Source: Anaeromyxobacteraceae bacterium
GTDB lineage: Bacteria; Myxococcota; Myxococcia; Myxococcales; Anaeromyxobacteraceae
NCBI GenBank assembly: GCA_047602405.1
Contig: JASGHJ010000001.1
Location: 1,248,001 to 1,312,000, forward strand
Direction of reading: 5' to 3'
DNA length: 64,000 bases
In this document: one piece after another, positions 31,580 through 41,502 of the stretch
Layout of the letters: every line of letters starts with the position of its first letter
Position numbering within the stretch: position 1 is the stretch's first letter
Position numbers and translations under genes: made by a program
The notes under the pieces: model-generated
The model's database searches: none
Told to the model about the DNA's origin: nothing
What the model saw: the letters and a program-made list of their open reading frames with translations, nothing else

Positions 31580-32146
31580 CTACCGGCGGTTGATCTGGTT
31601 CATCGCCTTCGCGGCGCCGAGCTCGCAGGCGAGCCGGGCCGCGTCGGTGGCGCGCTCGAGGCAGCCGTCCAGCTCCGCCTCCGCGCCCTTCGGGAACTTG
31701 CCGAGCACGTAGTCGGCCGGGTCCATGAACTGCGGCGGGCGGCCCACGCCGACCCGCACCCGCGCGTAGTTCGTGCCGCCCACGTGCGAGTTGACGCTCT
31801 TCACGCCGTTGTTGCCGCCGTGACCGCCGCCGACCTTGAGCTGCACCCGGTACTCGGCGAGCTCGAGGTCGTCGTGCACGACCACGAGATCCTCGAGGCC
31901 GAGCTTGTAGAAACGCAGCGCGGGGCCCACGGCCTCGCCCGACGCGTTCATGTAGGTCAGCGGCTTCATGACGAGGACGCGCTCGCCGGCGAGCTTCCCC
32001 TCGGCCAGCTCCGCCGAGAACTTCTTCTCGGCGGCGAAGTCGGCCCGGAGGGCCTGCGCGAGCCGGTCGGCGACGAGGAAGCCGACGTTGTGGCGCGTGC
32101 GTGCGTACTCCGGACCGACGTTGCCGAGGCCGACGACGAGCTTCAA
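31580..32146 (-). CDS. pth: Peptidyl-tRNA hydrolase
   Basis: [29 protein letters not shown]. Confidence 0.96.
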   Translation of the reverse strand: MKLVVGLGNVGPEYARTRHNVGFLVADRLAQALRADFAAEKKFSAELAEGKLAGERVLVMKPLTYMNASGEAVGPALRFYKLGLEDLVVVHDDLELAEYRVQLKVGGGHGGNNGVKSVNSHVGGTNYARVRVGVGRPPQFMDPADYVLGKFPKGAEAELDGCLERATDAARLACELGAAKAMNQINRR

Positions 32147-32154
32147 GGGGACCT

Positions 32155-32895
32155 CTACTTCTTCCCCTTGTCGCCGCCCTTCGCGGCCGGAGCCGCGGCG
32201 GCGGGAGCGCCACCCTTCGCCGGAGCGGCACCCGCGGCGGCCGGAGCAGCGCCGGCGGCGGGAGCGGCACCCGCGGCACCCGGAGCGGCGGCGGCGGCAC
32301 CCTCGGCACCCGGAACCGCGGCGACCGGAGCGACGACCTCCTCCTTCTCGGGCACCGACACGAAGACGACCACGTAGTCGGTGGAGTACTTGAACTTGCA
32401 GCCCTCGGGGGCCTTGAGCTCGGAGATGTGGAGCGACGAGCCGATCTTGATCGGCGTGACGTCCACCTCGATCTTCGCCGGGATCTTGGTCGGGAGCGCC
32501 TCGAGCACGATCTCGTGCGCGGCGATCGACATGATGCCGCCCGCGGCGACGCCCTCGGCGCGGCCCGTCGTGACGACGGGGACCGAGACCTTCACCGGCT
32601 TGTCGAGCGCGACCTCGAGGAAGTCCGCGTGGAGCAGCTCGCGGGAGACCGGATCGACCGCCCAGTCCTTGAAGAGGACGTGCTTCTCGGCGGCGTCGGT
32701 CTTCAGCGTGAGCAGCGTGTTGAACTTGTTCGGCGTCTCGAGCGCCGCCATCAGCGCCTTCGGATCGACCGAGAGGTGCGTCGGGGTGGCCTTGCCGCCG
32801 TAGACGACGGCGGGGATGAGGCCCTTCTGACGGAGGCGACGAGCGGGGCCCTTGCCCTTCTCGGTGCGGGGCTGCGCGGTGAGGACGTTCGACAT
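32155..32895 (-). CDS. rplY: 50S ribosomal protein L25/Ctc
   Basis: [22 protein letters not shown]; Ala/Pro/Gly-rich tail. Confidence 0.96.
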   Translation of the reverse strand: MSNVLTAQPRTEKGKGPARRLRQKGLIPAVVYGGKATPTHLSVDPKALMAALETPNKFNTLLTLKTDAAEKHVLFKDWAVDPVSRELLHADFLEVALDKPVKVSVPVVTTGRAEGVAAGGIMSIAAHEIVLEALPTKIPAKIEVDVTPIKIGSSLHISELKAPEGCKFKYSTDYVVVFVSVPEKEEVVAPVAAVPGAEGAAAAAPGAAGAAPAAGAAPAAAGAAPAKGGAPAAAAPAAKGGDKGKK

Positions 32896-33052
32896 GGCTC
32901 TCTCTCCCAGTGGACTCGCCTTCCGCTGCGTGCGGATTCGAGGGGCCGGTTCGATGAGCTACCCGGTCCTGGGTGGCGTGCTGTGTGGTTTCTACAGCAG
33001 GGTTGTTTGCTGCATTGACGAGGCCCGACAGCCGGACCCCGAGGAACGCGGG

Positions 33053-33081
33053 TTTCTAGGGGAAACCCCTGGATTTGTCAA
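33053..33081 (-). promoter_or_regulatory. Sigma70-type promoter for the rplY-pth-rpsF operon
   Basis: Minus strand TTGACA-17 nt-TAGAAA. Confidence 0.7.
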
Positions 33082-33123
33082 CCCTTGGATCGGCCCGGGG
33101 GCGAACCCCCTGGATCCGCTCAC

Positions 33124-34152
33124 CTACACGAACAGGCTCGACAGCGAGTCCGCCGAGTGGATCCGGCGGATCGCCTCGGCGAGCAGGCTCGCCACCGTGA
33201 GCTGGCGGATCTTCCGGCAGGCGGCGGCCTCGGGGCGGAGCGGGATCGAGTCGGTCACGACGACCTCGTCGATCGGGCTCTTCGTGATCCGCTCGGCCGC
33301 GGGGCCGGAGAACACGCCGTGCGTCGCGTAGGCGAAGACCTTCGTGGCGCCGTTGTCGACGAGCGCGTTCGCCGCCTGGGTGAGCGTGCCGGCGGTGTCG
33401 ATCATGTCGTCGAGCAGGATGGCCTGCTTGCCGCGCACGTCGCCGATCACGTTCATGATCTCCGCGACGTTCGGCTTCGTGCGCCGCTTGTCGACGATGG
33501 CGAGGCCGCAGCTCAGCCGCTTCGAGTACGCGCGGGCGCGCTCCACGCCGCCGGCGTCCGGCGAGACCACGATGATGTCCTGGCCCGCGCCCTCGAACCG
33601 CTTCTTCATCTCCCCGAGCAGCACCGGCGCCGCGTAGAGGTGGTCGAACGGGATGTTGAAGAAGCCCTGGATCTGGCCGGCGTGCATGTCCATCGACACG
33701 ACGCGGGTCGCGCCGGCGGCCTCGAGGAGGTCGGCCACGAGCTTCGCGGTGATGGGCGCGCGGGAGGCGACCTTCCGGTCCTGGCGGGCGTAGCCGTAGT
33801 AGGGGAGCACCGCGGTGATGGAGCCCGACGAGGCGCGCTTCAGCGCGTCGATCAGGATCAGGAGCTCCATGATGTTCGCGTTCGCGTCCGAGCAGGTGGA
33901 CTGGATCACGAAGGAGTCGAGGCCGCGGACGTTGTCGGAGATCTCGACCTGGATCTCGCCGTCGGAGAAGCGGCCCACGGTGGCGCGCGCGAGCGGCCGC
34001 TCGAGGTCCTTGCAGATCGCCTCGGCGAGCGGCTTGTTCGAGTTGCCGGTGAAGATCCGGTAGTCGCGGTGCCCGCTGCCGTTGCCGTTCCTGTAGTCCA
34101 TGCCTGCTCCCGGGTCTGGGGCCGCCGAGGCCGTCGCGAAGGCGTCACTCAT
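33124..34152 (-). CDS. prs: Ribose-phosphate pyrophosphokinase
   Basis: [33 protein letters not shown]; start uncertain (34152 or 34101). Confidence 0.96.
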   Translation of the reverse strand: MSDAFATASAAPDPGAGMDYRNGNGSGHRDYRIFTGNSNKPLAEAICKDLERPLARATVGRFSDGEIQVEISDNVRGLDSFVIQSTCSDANANIMELLILIDALKRASSGSITAVLPYYGYARQDRKVASRAPITAKLVADLLEAAGATRVVSMDMHAGQIQGFFNIPFDHLYAAPVLLGEMKKRFEGAGQDIIVVSPDAGGVERARAYSKRLSCGLAIVDKRRTKPNVAEIMNVIGDVRGKQAILLDDMIDTAGTLTQAANALVDNGATKVFAYATHGVFSGPAAERITKSPIDEVVVTDSIPLRPEAAACRKIRQLTVASLLAEAIRRIHSADSLSSLFV

Positions 34153-34310
34153 ACTCCATCCCTCCGACGCCGACACGGGTCGCGGGTCCCGCTCCCACGA
34201 GCGGGCGAGCAGGCGGACCTGGGGTGCGAGCGGGCGCCTGATCCAGGTCAGGCGAGGGGCCGCAAGCGTTCGTTACGTGGGCCGCGGCGGGGGCACTCGT
34301 CCGCGCGGCG

Positions 34311-34628
34311 CTACTCCTCGGCGAGGGACTCGGTCCCCGTGGGCCGGGGCCCGGCGGCGGCGGCGGCGCCGCCCTTGCGCATCTCGCGCTCGTACTCGGC
34401 CAGGATCTGCCGCTCCATCTTCTCGCGGGTGTCCGAGTTGAGCGGGTGCGCGATGTCCTTGAAGGTGCCGTCCTTGCGCCGCTTGGCCGGCATCGCGATG
34501 AAGAGGCCGGTGTTGCCGTGGATCACCTTGAGGTCGCGGATCACGAAGCAGTGGTCGAGCGTGATCGTGACGTAGGCCTTCAGCTTCTCCTCGTTGACGG
34601 GGAAGACGCGGACCTCGGTGATCTCCAC
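34311..34628 (-). CDS. spoVG: Septation regulator SpoVG
   Basis: EITEVRV..KLKAY, GLFIAMP, FKDIAHPL. Confidence 0.93.
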   Translation of the reverse strand: MEITEVRVFPVNEEKLKAYVTITLDHCFVIRDLKVIHGNTGLFIAMPAKRRKDGTFKDIAHPLNSDTREKMERQILAEYEREMRKGGAAAAAGPRPTGTESLAEE

Positions 34629-35494
34629 GATGTCACCCCCGGTTGCCGTGAGACCGTCCGCGCGACGAGCACCCGCACCGCGCGGCCGGCCTCCTTCGAG
34701 ATGATCGTCGCCGCCTTGGAGGCGGAGCGCCGATCGTCGAAGACTCCGAAGACGGTAGGGCCGCTGCCGCTCATCATAACAGCCGCCGCACCGGCGCCGC
34801 TCAGGCGGCGCAGGAACCCCTCTAGGACGGGCCGCTGCTCGAGGCACGGCGGCTCGAGGTCGTTCCCCAGCAGGGACCTGCCGAACGGACGAGGGCGGGG
34901 CAGGCCCGGCACCTTCCGTCCTTGCCGCGAGGCGTCGAGCCACCGGTAGGCCTCGCCTGCACGGATTCCGAGCGTTGGATCCTCCGGGAAGAGCAGCACC
35001 AGGTGCTGGACCGGCACCTTGGCAGGGCGCAGCCGCTCGCCCTGGCCACGGGCCCAGGCGGGGCCCTCGCCCAGGAAGAAGGGCACGTCGGAGCCGACCT
35101 CGAGCGCGAGCCGCGCGAGCGTCCGGTCGTCCTTCACGCGGAACGCGCGGGCGAGGCACCGGAGCACCGCCGCCGCGTCGGACGAGCCGCCGCCGAGCCC
35201 CGCGGTCACCGGGATGCGCTTCACGATCCGGATCGCGATCGCGCGGTCGACGCCGAACGCCGCCTTGAACTTCTCGGCCGCGCGCGCGGCGAGGTTCCCG
35301 GCCCCGTCGAGCTCCGGGCGGCCGGGCACCTTGCAGGTGACCGGGCCAGCCCGGCTGCCGATGCGCACCTCCACGGGGTCGCCGAGATCGAGCGGCACCA
35401 TGAGCGACGCGATGTCGTGGAAGCCGTCGGCGCGGAGGGCGCCGACGCGGAGGACGAGGTTCACCTTGGCGGGGGCGACGGTCACGAAGCGCAC
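34580..35494 (-). CDS. ispE: 4-diphosphocytidyl-2-C-methyl-D-erythritol kinase
   Basis: APAKVNL, KRIPVTAGLGGGSSDAA, GSDVPFF, MSGSG; 3' end overlaps the spoVG start. Confidence 0.93.
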   Translation of the reverse strand: MRFVTVAPAKVNLVLRVGALRADGFHDIASLMVPLDLGDPVEVRIGSRAGPVTCKVPGRPELDGAGNLAARAAEKFKAAFGVDRAIAIRIVKRIPVTAGLGGGSSDAAAVLRCLARAFRVKDDRTLARLALEVGSDVPFFLGEGPAWARGQGERLRPAKVPVQHLVLLFPEDPTLGIRAGEAYRWLDASRQGRKVPGLPRPRPFGRSLLGNDLEPPCLEQRPVLEGFLRRLSGAGAAAVMMSGSGPTVFGVFDDRRSASKAATIISKEAGRAVRVLVARTVSRQPGVTSWRSPRSASSPSTRRS

Positions 35495-35624
35495 GGCCGG
35501 GGCTCTAGCACGCTGGGTCGTGCGACGCGAGGTCCGTGGATTCCGCGTCCGCTCGGACGCAGGATGCGCGTCCTTCTTCCGGCCCGACTCTCCCGGACCG
35601 ACCACCACAGGAGCAAACCCAGCC

Positions 35625-35945
35625 ATGACGAAGAAGCTCGCAGCGTTCGCACTCCTCGCCGTCCTCTCCGCGTGCCGGTCCGCCTTCATGGAGGAGCCGG
35701 TCACCCGCCTGTCCGCCCCGCCGGCGGCGCAGCTCGCGGCCACCGTCTCCGCCGCGACCGAGCTCCGCCGCGCGCCGTCCGCGGACGCCGCCTCCTCCGG
35801 TCCGGTCGAGGCCGGCGCGCAGGTCCAGGTCTCGCAGGAGGTCGTGCACGGCTTCCGCCGCGTGAAGCTCGCGGACGGCAAGACCGGCTACGTCGACGCG
35901 AAGGCCCTCTCCGTCCAGGGGGCTCCCGCCGGCGCGTCGAAGTAG
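35625..35945 (+). CDS. SH3-like domain lipoprotein
   Basis: Lipobox LSAC; ELRRAPS..GFRRVKLADGKTGYV; AGGAG RBS. Confidence 0.7.
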   Translation: MTKKLAAFALLAVLSACRSAFMEEPVTRLSAPPAAQLAATVSAATELRRAPSADAASSGPVEAGAQVQVSQEVVHGFRRVKLADGKTGYVDAKALSVQGAPAGASK

Positions 35946-35997
35946 GTCACCTTGCCCGTGGCCAGGGGGGCGGGGGTGTGCTCTACACTCCCGCCCC

Positions 35998-36813
35998 ATG
36001 CGCGACCGGGCCTACGACAGCGTCCCCTTCAGGTTCTCGGAGCTCGAGCACAAGTACGGCTCGAACGTCCACGTCCTCGCGAACCCGCTCCTCCTCTGGC
36101 AGCTCGCGAACCTCTGCTCGAAGGAGACGAAGCAGCCCGAGGTGAACCGGCTCGTCCGGTCCATCTACGACCACCTCATCCGGACGGTCATCGCCGCCGA
36201 GTTCCCGCGGCGCCGGGTGGCGGTGCCCACCCGCATGATCGACTCCTCGCCCCGCGCCATCTTCGAGGGTGAGGTCGTCGACAAGGACGTGCGCGCGGTG
36301 ACGGTGAACATCGCCCGCGCCGGCGCGATCCCGTCGCAGGTCGCCTACGATCTCCTCAACGAGGTCCTCGACCCGCAGCTCGTCCGCCAGGACCACATCA
36401 TCATGAGCCGCATGCTCGCCGAGGATCACCACGTCGTCGGCGCCGGCATCGGCGGCATGAAGATCGGCGGCGACGTCGACGGGGCCTTCCTGCTCTTCCC
36501 GGATCCGATGGGCGCGACGGGCGGCTCGCTCGCGACCGCCATCTCGACCTACAAGGACAAGGTGCCGGGCAAGGCGAAGAAGATCGTCAACATCCACCTC
36601 ATCGTCACGCCCGAGTACGTGAAGAACATGACGACGACGCACCCCGAGGTGGTCATCTACGCCGCCCGCCTCGACCGCGGCCTCTCGGCGCCCGACGTGC
36701 TCGACACCGTGCCCGGCACCCGCTGGGACGAGGAGCGCGGCCTCGACGAGCGCCAGTACATCGTGCCGGGCGGCGGCGGCCTCGGCGAGCTCATGAACAA
36801 CGCGTGGGTGTGA
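35998..36813 (+). CDS. upp: Uracil phosphoribosyltransferase
   Basis: IARAG, DPMGATGGS, YIVPGGGGLG. Confidence 0.8.
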   Translation: MRDRAYDSVPFRFSELEHKYGSNVHVLANPLLLWQLANLCSKETKQPEVNRLVRSIYDHLIRTVIAAEFPRRRVAVPTRMIDSSPRAIFEGEVVDKDVRAVTVNIARAGAIPSQVAYDLLNEVLDPQLVRQDHIIMSRMLAEDHHVVGAGIGGMKIGGDVDGAFLLFPDPMGATGGSLATAISTYKDKVPGKAKKIVNIHLIVTPEYVKNMTTTHPEVVIYAARLDRGLSAPDVLDTVPGTRWDEERGLDERQYIVPGGGGLGELMNNAWV

Positions 36814-36815
36814 CG

Positions 36816-37352
36816 ATGAGCGATCTCGCGGCAGGCTACGACGTCCACATCTCCGAGGCGGAGCTCGCGAAGCGCGTGCGCGAGCTCGGCGCGGCCATCA
36901 CCGCCGACTACCGGGGCCAGGAGCTCACGGTGGTGGGTGTCCTGAAGGGGAGCTTCCTCTTCCTGGCCGACCTCGTCCGCGCGATCGACCTGCCCGTGAA
37001 GGTCGACTTCATGGGCATCAGCTCCTACGAGGGCACGAAGTCGACCGGCGTCGTGCGGGTGACCTCCGACCTCTCGCGGCCGGTGACCGGGCAGCACCTC
37101 CTGCTCGTCGAGGACATCGTCGACACCGGCCTGACCGTGAGCTACCTGCTCGAGAACCTCACCACCCGCCACCCGGCGAGCGTGAAGGTCGCGGCGCTGC
37201 TCGAGAAGCCCGCCCGCGCCAAGGTGAAGGTCCCGATCGCGTACCGCGGCTTCGAGATCCCGGACGTGTTCGTGGTGGGTTACGGGCTCGACCACGACGG
37301 CGTGGGTCGCAACCTGCCGTTCGTGGGAGTGCCGAAGGCGGCCGGGCGTTAA
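36816..37352 (+). CDS. hpt: Hypoxanthine phosphoribosyltransferase
   Basis: VLKGS, VEDIVDTGLT, FVVGYGLD. Confidence 0.95.
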   Translation: MSDLAAGYDVHISEAELAKRVRELGAAITADYRGQELTVVGVLKGSFLFLADLVRAIDLPVKVDFMGISSYEGTKSTGVVRVTSDLSRPVTGQHLLLVEDIVDTGLTVSYLLENLTTRHPASVKVAALLEKPARAKVKVPIAYRGFEIPDVFVVGYGLDHDGVGRNLPFVGVPKAAGR

Positions 37353-37388
37353 GCTCCCGTCAGGCTCCCGCTCTCACGGAGATTCCGC

Positions 37389-38150
37389 GTGGCCGAAGAC
37401 TACAGGCAGAGGGGCAGCATCCGCACGCTGCTCGGGGCGCTCGTCATCCTCGCGCTCATCGCCGCGGTGGTGATGCTGCTCTCCGAGCGCAACCAGCGCA
37501 CCTGGTACCTCGTGCCGGACGAGGGCCGCCTCGTCGTCATGCACGGGACGAAGCTGCCCTTCGGGCGCGAGGCCTACACGCCGGTCGAGCCCGAGCTCCA
37601 GCAGGCCTACGCGCCGGTGGTGCCGCCGCCGGGCGCGACGCTCCCGCCCGAGAAGAGCTTCGACGAGCGCGCGCTCCTCGACCAGGCGCTCTTCACGGTG
37701 GTCGAGGGGTGGGCCCGCGGCGACGTCGACAGCGGCGTGAAGGAGCGGCTCGCGCGCGGCATCGAGTACCTGAAGCGCGCCGAGCGCCTGCCCGGCCTCT
37801 CCGCCGAGCAGCACCAGGCGCTCCTCGCGCTCCGCGCCGAGTCCGGCTTCTTCGAGGCGCAGGGGTTGCTCGAGCGGGCGGCGGGCGACCTCCGCGGCGC
37901 GACCGAGCGGCTCCGCGCGGCCGCCGGCTCGCGGTCGCCGCACGCCGCCGACGCGCGGCTCCTGCTGAAGGAGCTCGAGCCGGCGGTCGACTCGGTGCTC
38001 ACCGCGGTCCGGCAGGGCCCGCGGCCCGTCGTGCCCCCCGGGGCCTCCCCGACCTCGGGCGCCCCCGCGGCGGACGGCGCAGTCGAATCGCCCCGCCCGG
38101 AGGCCCCTGCGACGGGTGGGGCCCCGCCGGCCCCCGCCGCGAAGCCCTGA
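37389..38150 (+). CDS. Hypothetical N-terminally membrane-anchored protein
   Basis: Single TM, helical body, Pro-rich tail, typical codon usage. Confidence 0.65.
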   Translation: MAEDYRQRGSIRTLLGALVILALIAAVVMLLSERNQRTWYLVPDEGRLVVMHGTKLPFGREAYTPVEPELQQAYAPVVPPPGATLPPEKSFDERALLDQALFTVVEGWARGDVDSGVKERLARGIEYLKRAERLPGLSAEQHQALLALRAESGFFEAQGLLERAAGDLRGATERLRAAAGSRSPHAADARLLLKELEPAVDSVLTAVRQGPRPVVPPGASPTSGAPAADGAVESPRPEAPATGGAPPAPAAKP

Positions 38151-38213
38151 TCCGCGGGCGATAGCACTTACCGTTTCACTCCGGCCGCCGGGGGCGGTGT
38201 AACATCGCCCGCG

Positions 38214-40679
38214 ATGTCCTCCTTCCACGCGCGGAACGGCGCGGGCGAACTGCTCGCGCGCTACTCCTTCCTCGAGCCCCTCCTCGCCGGCAAGCGGGTG
38301 CTCGAGATCGGCGCCGCGGCGGTGACGGGTGGGCAGAGCGCGCTCCTCCTCGCCGAGCGCGGCGCCGCGGCGGTGCTCTCCATCGAGCCGCCCGGTACCG
38401 ACCTCCGGCCGGCGCGCGAGGCGGGGCACCACCCGTTCGTGCAGTTCAAGGACATCCGGCTCGAGGAGCTGCGCCCCGGGACGTTCGATCTCGTGCTCTC
38501 GTGGGACGGCGCGCGCTTCGCCGACGAGCCGTCGGAGGTCGTGCGGTACGCGAAGCTGCTCGCGAAGGGCGGCCGGCTCGTCACGGCGATCCCCGCCGAC
38601 GGGCCGGCGCTCGGCGACGCCGCGGGCGATCCCGTCGTGCCGCCCGTGCCCTTCGAGGCCTTCGCCGGCGCGCTCTCGGCCGTCTTCCCCTGGGTCGAGG
38701 TCGCGACGCAGTCGGCGGTGGTGGGCTGGGTGCTCGCGATGGGCGAGCAGGGCCCGGACCCCGAGCTCGGCATGGACGGCACGCTCGCCGGCGACGCGGC
38801 CGCGGCGGCGTACGTGGCCGTGTGCGGCGAGTCGTCGGCGAAGCTCACCGGGCTCCAGCTCGTGGCGCTGCCGTTCGGGCCGCTCGCCGACGCCGCCGCC
38901 GAGGCGGCCGAGCGGTCGGCGTCGCTCGCGGGCGCGCGCGAGGAGATCGTGGCCCTCGCGGGCGAGCGCGACCAGGCGCGGGCGGAGCTCGACGGGCTGC
39001 GACTGGAGCGCGATCAGGCCCGGGCCGAGCGCGAGGCGCTCGCCCAGGAGCGGGACGCGTTGCTCGCCGAGCGGAGCGAGGCGGTCGCCGCGCGGGAGGC
39101 GCTGCTCGTCGAGAAGAACGCGCTCACCGCCGAGCGCGACGCCGCCTCCGCCGAGCTCGACCGGCTGCGCGCCGCGGTCGCGAGCCACGAGGTCGGCCGC
39201 GAGGCGGCCGAGTCCGGCGCGCGCGCTGCGCAGGACGAGGCGGCCCGGCTCCAGGAACAGCTCGCGCAGGCCCAGCAGGCGCAGGCGGAGCTTCAGGCCG
39301 CGCACGACGCGCTCGCCGCGGCCCACGCCGAGGCGCAGCAGGTTCACGCCGAGACGCTGCAGGCGCACGGCGAGCTCCGGACCGCCTTCGCGTCGCTCGA
39401 GGCCTCGCACGCCGAGCAGGGCCAGGCCGGCGCGGCACACGCCGAGCTCGAGGCCGCCCACGCCGAGCTCCGCGCCGCCCACGACGCGCTCGCCGCCGAG
39501 CTCGAGTCGGCCAGGATCGAGCTCGCCGCCGCCCGCGACGACCGGGCGCGTGCGCTCGACGAGCAGTCGGCCGCGACCGCGGCCTGGGAGGCGTCGAGCG
39601 CCGAGCTCGAGAAGCTGCGCGCCGAGGCGGGGCAGCAGGCTGGCCAGGCCGGCGAGGCCGCCGCGCTCCGGGAGGCGCTCGCGCGCGCCGAGGAGGAGCG
39701 CGACCGCGCCCACGCCGAGGCGCAGGCGGTGCGGAGCGGCCACGTGGAGCTCGAGGCCGCGCTGCAGGCCGCCCGGGCCGAGGCCCAGGCCGCGAAGTCC
39801 GGCATGGAGGCCGCGCTGTCGCGCGCCACCTCCGCGGAGTCGCGGCTCGCCGATCTCGAGGAGCAGGTCGAGCAGCACGGGCGCGTGGCCGACCGCGAGG
39901 CCGAGTCGCGGCTCGCCTTCGCCGCCGACGCGGAGTCGGAGAAGCGCCGCGCCACCGACCTCGAGGAGGAGCTCGCCGCCGTCCGCTCCGAGCTGCTCGA
40001 GGCGCGCGCCGATGCGTCGATCGCGCAGCGCGACCTCGAGGCGGCGCGGAACGAGGCCGAGAAGTGGCAGGCCCAGGCCGAGATGCCGCCGGTGCTCGAC
40101 GAGGCGCTGAGCGTCCGCGACCAGGCCCTGCGGGAGCGGGACCAGGCGATGCGCGAGCGCGACCTCGCGGTGCTCGAGGCCGAGCAGCTCGAGGGCCGGC
40201 TGCGCGCCGTCGAGGCGCAGCGCGAGTCGAGCGGCGCCCGGGCCGAGGAGGCCGCGCGGCTCGCCGTCGCGCTCGCCCGCGCCGAGGAGGCCGCGCGCGA
40301 GGCCGAGGGCGTGCGGGAGGGGCTCGAGGCTCAGGTCGCCGAGCTCGGCGCGCGGCTCGAGTCGGAGGAGGAGCGGCTGCAGCTCGCCGAGGCCGCCGCC
40401 ATCGAGGCCCGCACCCGGCTCGAGGTGCTCGAGACCACCGGCGGGCCGGCCCCCGCGACGATCCCCGCGAGCAAGGACGAGCTCGAGCGGGTCCGCGAGG
40501 AGGCCACCACGATGCGCGCCGCGCTCGAGGCGGAGCTCGCCTCCGCGCGCGGCGCCGCCGAGGAGGCCCAGGCGCAGGTCGCCGAGATCGCCGCGGAGCT
40601 GCAGGCGGTGCGCTGGGAGAAGGACGACGTCGAGCAGCGGCTCGCGAAGGCGCAGGGGCTCTCGAGCCGGCCGTCGTAG
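38214..40679 (+). CDS. Class I SAM-methyltransferase-like domain fused to a long coiled coil
   Basis: RYSFLEPLLAGKRVLEIGAA, FDLVL; >500 aa of A/E/R heptad repeats. Confidence 0.7.
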   Translation: MSSFHARNGAGELLARYSFLEPLLAGKRVLEIGAAAVTGGQSALLLAERGAAAVLSIEPPGTDLRPAREAGHHPFVQFKDIRLEELRPGTFDLVLSWDGARFADEPSEVVRYAKLLAKGGRLVTAIPADGPALGDAAGDPVVPPVPFEAFAGALSAVFPWVEVATQSAVVGWVLAMGEQGPDPELGMDGTLAGDAAAAAYVAVCGESSAKLTGLQLVALPFGPLADAAAEAAERSASLAGAREEIVALAGERDQARAELDGLRLERDQARAEREALAQERDALLAERSEAVAAREALLVEKNALTAERDAASAELDRLRAAVASHEVGREAAESGARAAQDEAARLQEQLAQAQQAQAELQAAHDALAAAHAEAQQVHAETLQAHGELRTAFASLEASHAEQGQAGAAHAELEAAHAELRAAHDALAAELESARIELAAARDDRARALDEQSAATAAWEASSAELEKLRAEAGQQAGQAGEAAALREALARAEEERDRAHAEAQAVRSGHVELEAALQAARAEAQAAKSGMEAALSRATSAESRLADLEEQVEQHGRVADREAESRLAFAADAESEKRRATDLEEELAAVRSELLEARADASIAQRDLEAARNEAEKWQAQAEMPPVLDEALSVRDQALRERDQAMRERDLAVLEAEQLEGRLRAVEAQRESSGARAEEAARLAVALARAEEAAREAEGVREGLEAQVAELGARLESEEERLQLAEAAAIEARTRLEVLETTGGPAPATIPASKDELERVREEATTMRAALEAELASARGAAEEAQAQVAEIAAELQAVRWEKDDVEQRLAKAQGLSSRPS

Positions 40680-40882
40680 CGGGCACATCCCGGAGCGCAG
40701 TTGCGACTGGATCTCGAACGCTTCCGCGGAGAGCGTTGTGGTGCGTCATCGACCCGCCCCTCGCAGGCTCGCGCAGACGTCTGCGGGGTCACCGCCGTTC
40801 ACGGTACGTCACCACGCCACCGCCATCTCGACCGCAGGCACGAACACCCGACGGCAGGCGAGGCACAGGTATGCTGACCCTC

Positions 40883-41384
40883 ATGCCCACGCCCGCCGCC
40901 GCCCGCCGCGCCGTCCTCGTCGCGCTGCCTCTTCGCTGCGACCCTCGGCTGCGATCAGGCGACGAAGCGGATCGCGGTCGAGCGGCTCGTGGAGCGAGAG
41001 CGCCACTCCTACGTCGCCGACTGCGTCCGGCTCGAGCGCGTCCGGAACCCGGGCGCGTTCCTGAGCCTCGGCGCGCGGCTGCCCGACGGCGTGCGCGTCG
41101 CGCTCTTCACCTGGGGCTCGGGCGCGATCGTGCTCCTCGCGCTGGGCGTCGCGCTCTGGCGCGGCGTCTCCACCACGGGCGCGGCCGCCGCGACGCTCAT
41201 CGCGGCCGGCGGCGCGGGAAACCTCTGGGACCGCGTGCAGACCGGCGGCTGGGTCATCGACTTCCTGAACCTCGGCGTGGGCCCGGTGCGGACCGGGATC
41301 TTCAACGTCGCGGACGTCGCGCTGATGGTGGGTGCGGGGCTCCTGATCCTCGCCGGACGGCGGAGGGAACCCGCACGTCCGTGA
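40883..41384 (+). CDS. lspA: Lipoprotein signal peptidase II; apparent +1 frameshift at ~40928
   Basis: DQATK, NPGAFLSLG, GNLWDR, VIDF, FNVAD. Removing one C in CTGCCTCTTC joins MPTPAAARRAVLVAL to LFAATLGCDQATK. Confidence 0.85.
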
Positions 41385-41502
41385 GCGCGCGGGCCTCATC
41401 GGTCACCGATCACCCCGACGCGTGGCCCCGAAATCCGTGAGCCCCTCCACCCGTGGTGTAACTTCCGGGGCGTAGGCCGCGGCGGCTCCTTCCCGCGCAG
41501 GA

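Noticed and set aside
32160..32340. Tandem GC-rich repeats at the rplY 3' end
   Set aside because: Explained by the Ala/Pro/Gly low-complexity tail of L25.
34153..34310. tRNA-Gln often found between ispE and prs
   Set aside because: No cloverleaf or TTCGAA T-loop found on either strand.
37374..41440. Very long alternative-frame and antisense ORFs (e.g. 37374-40688, 38501-41440, also 22436-25420, 45791-48823)
   Set aside because: Shadow ORFs expected at very high GC; Arg/Gly/Pro-rich with no domain motifs, and they overlap well-supported genes.
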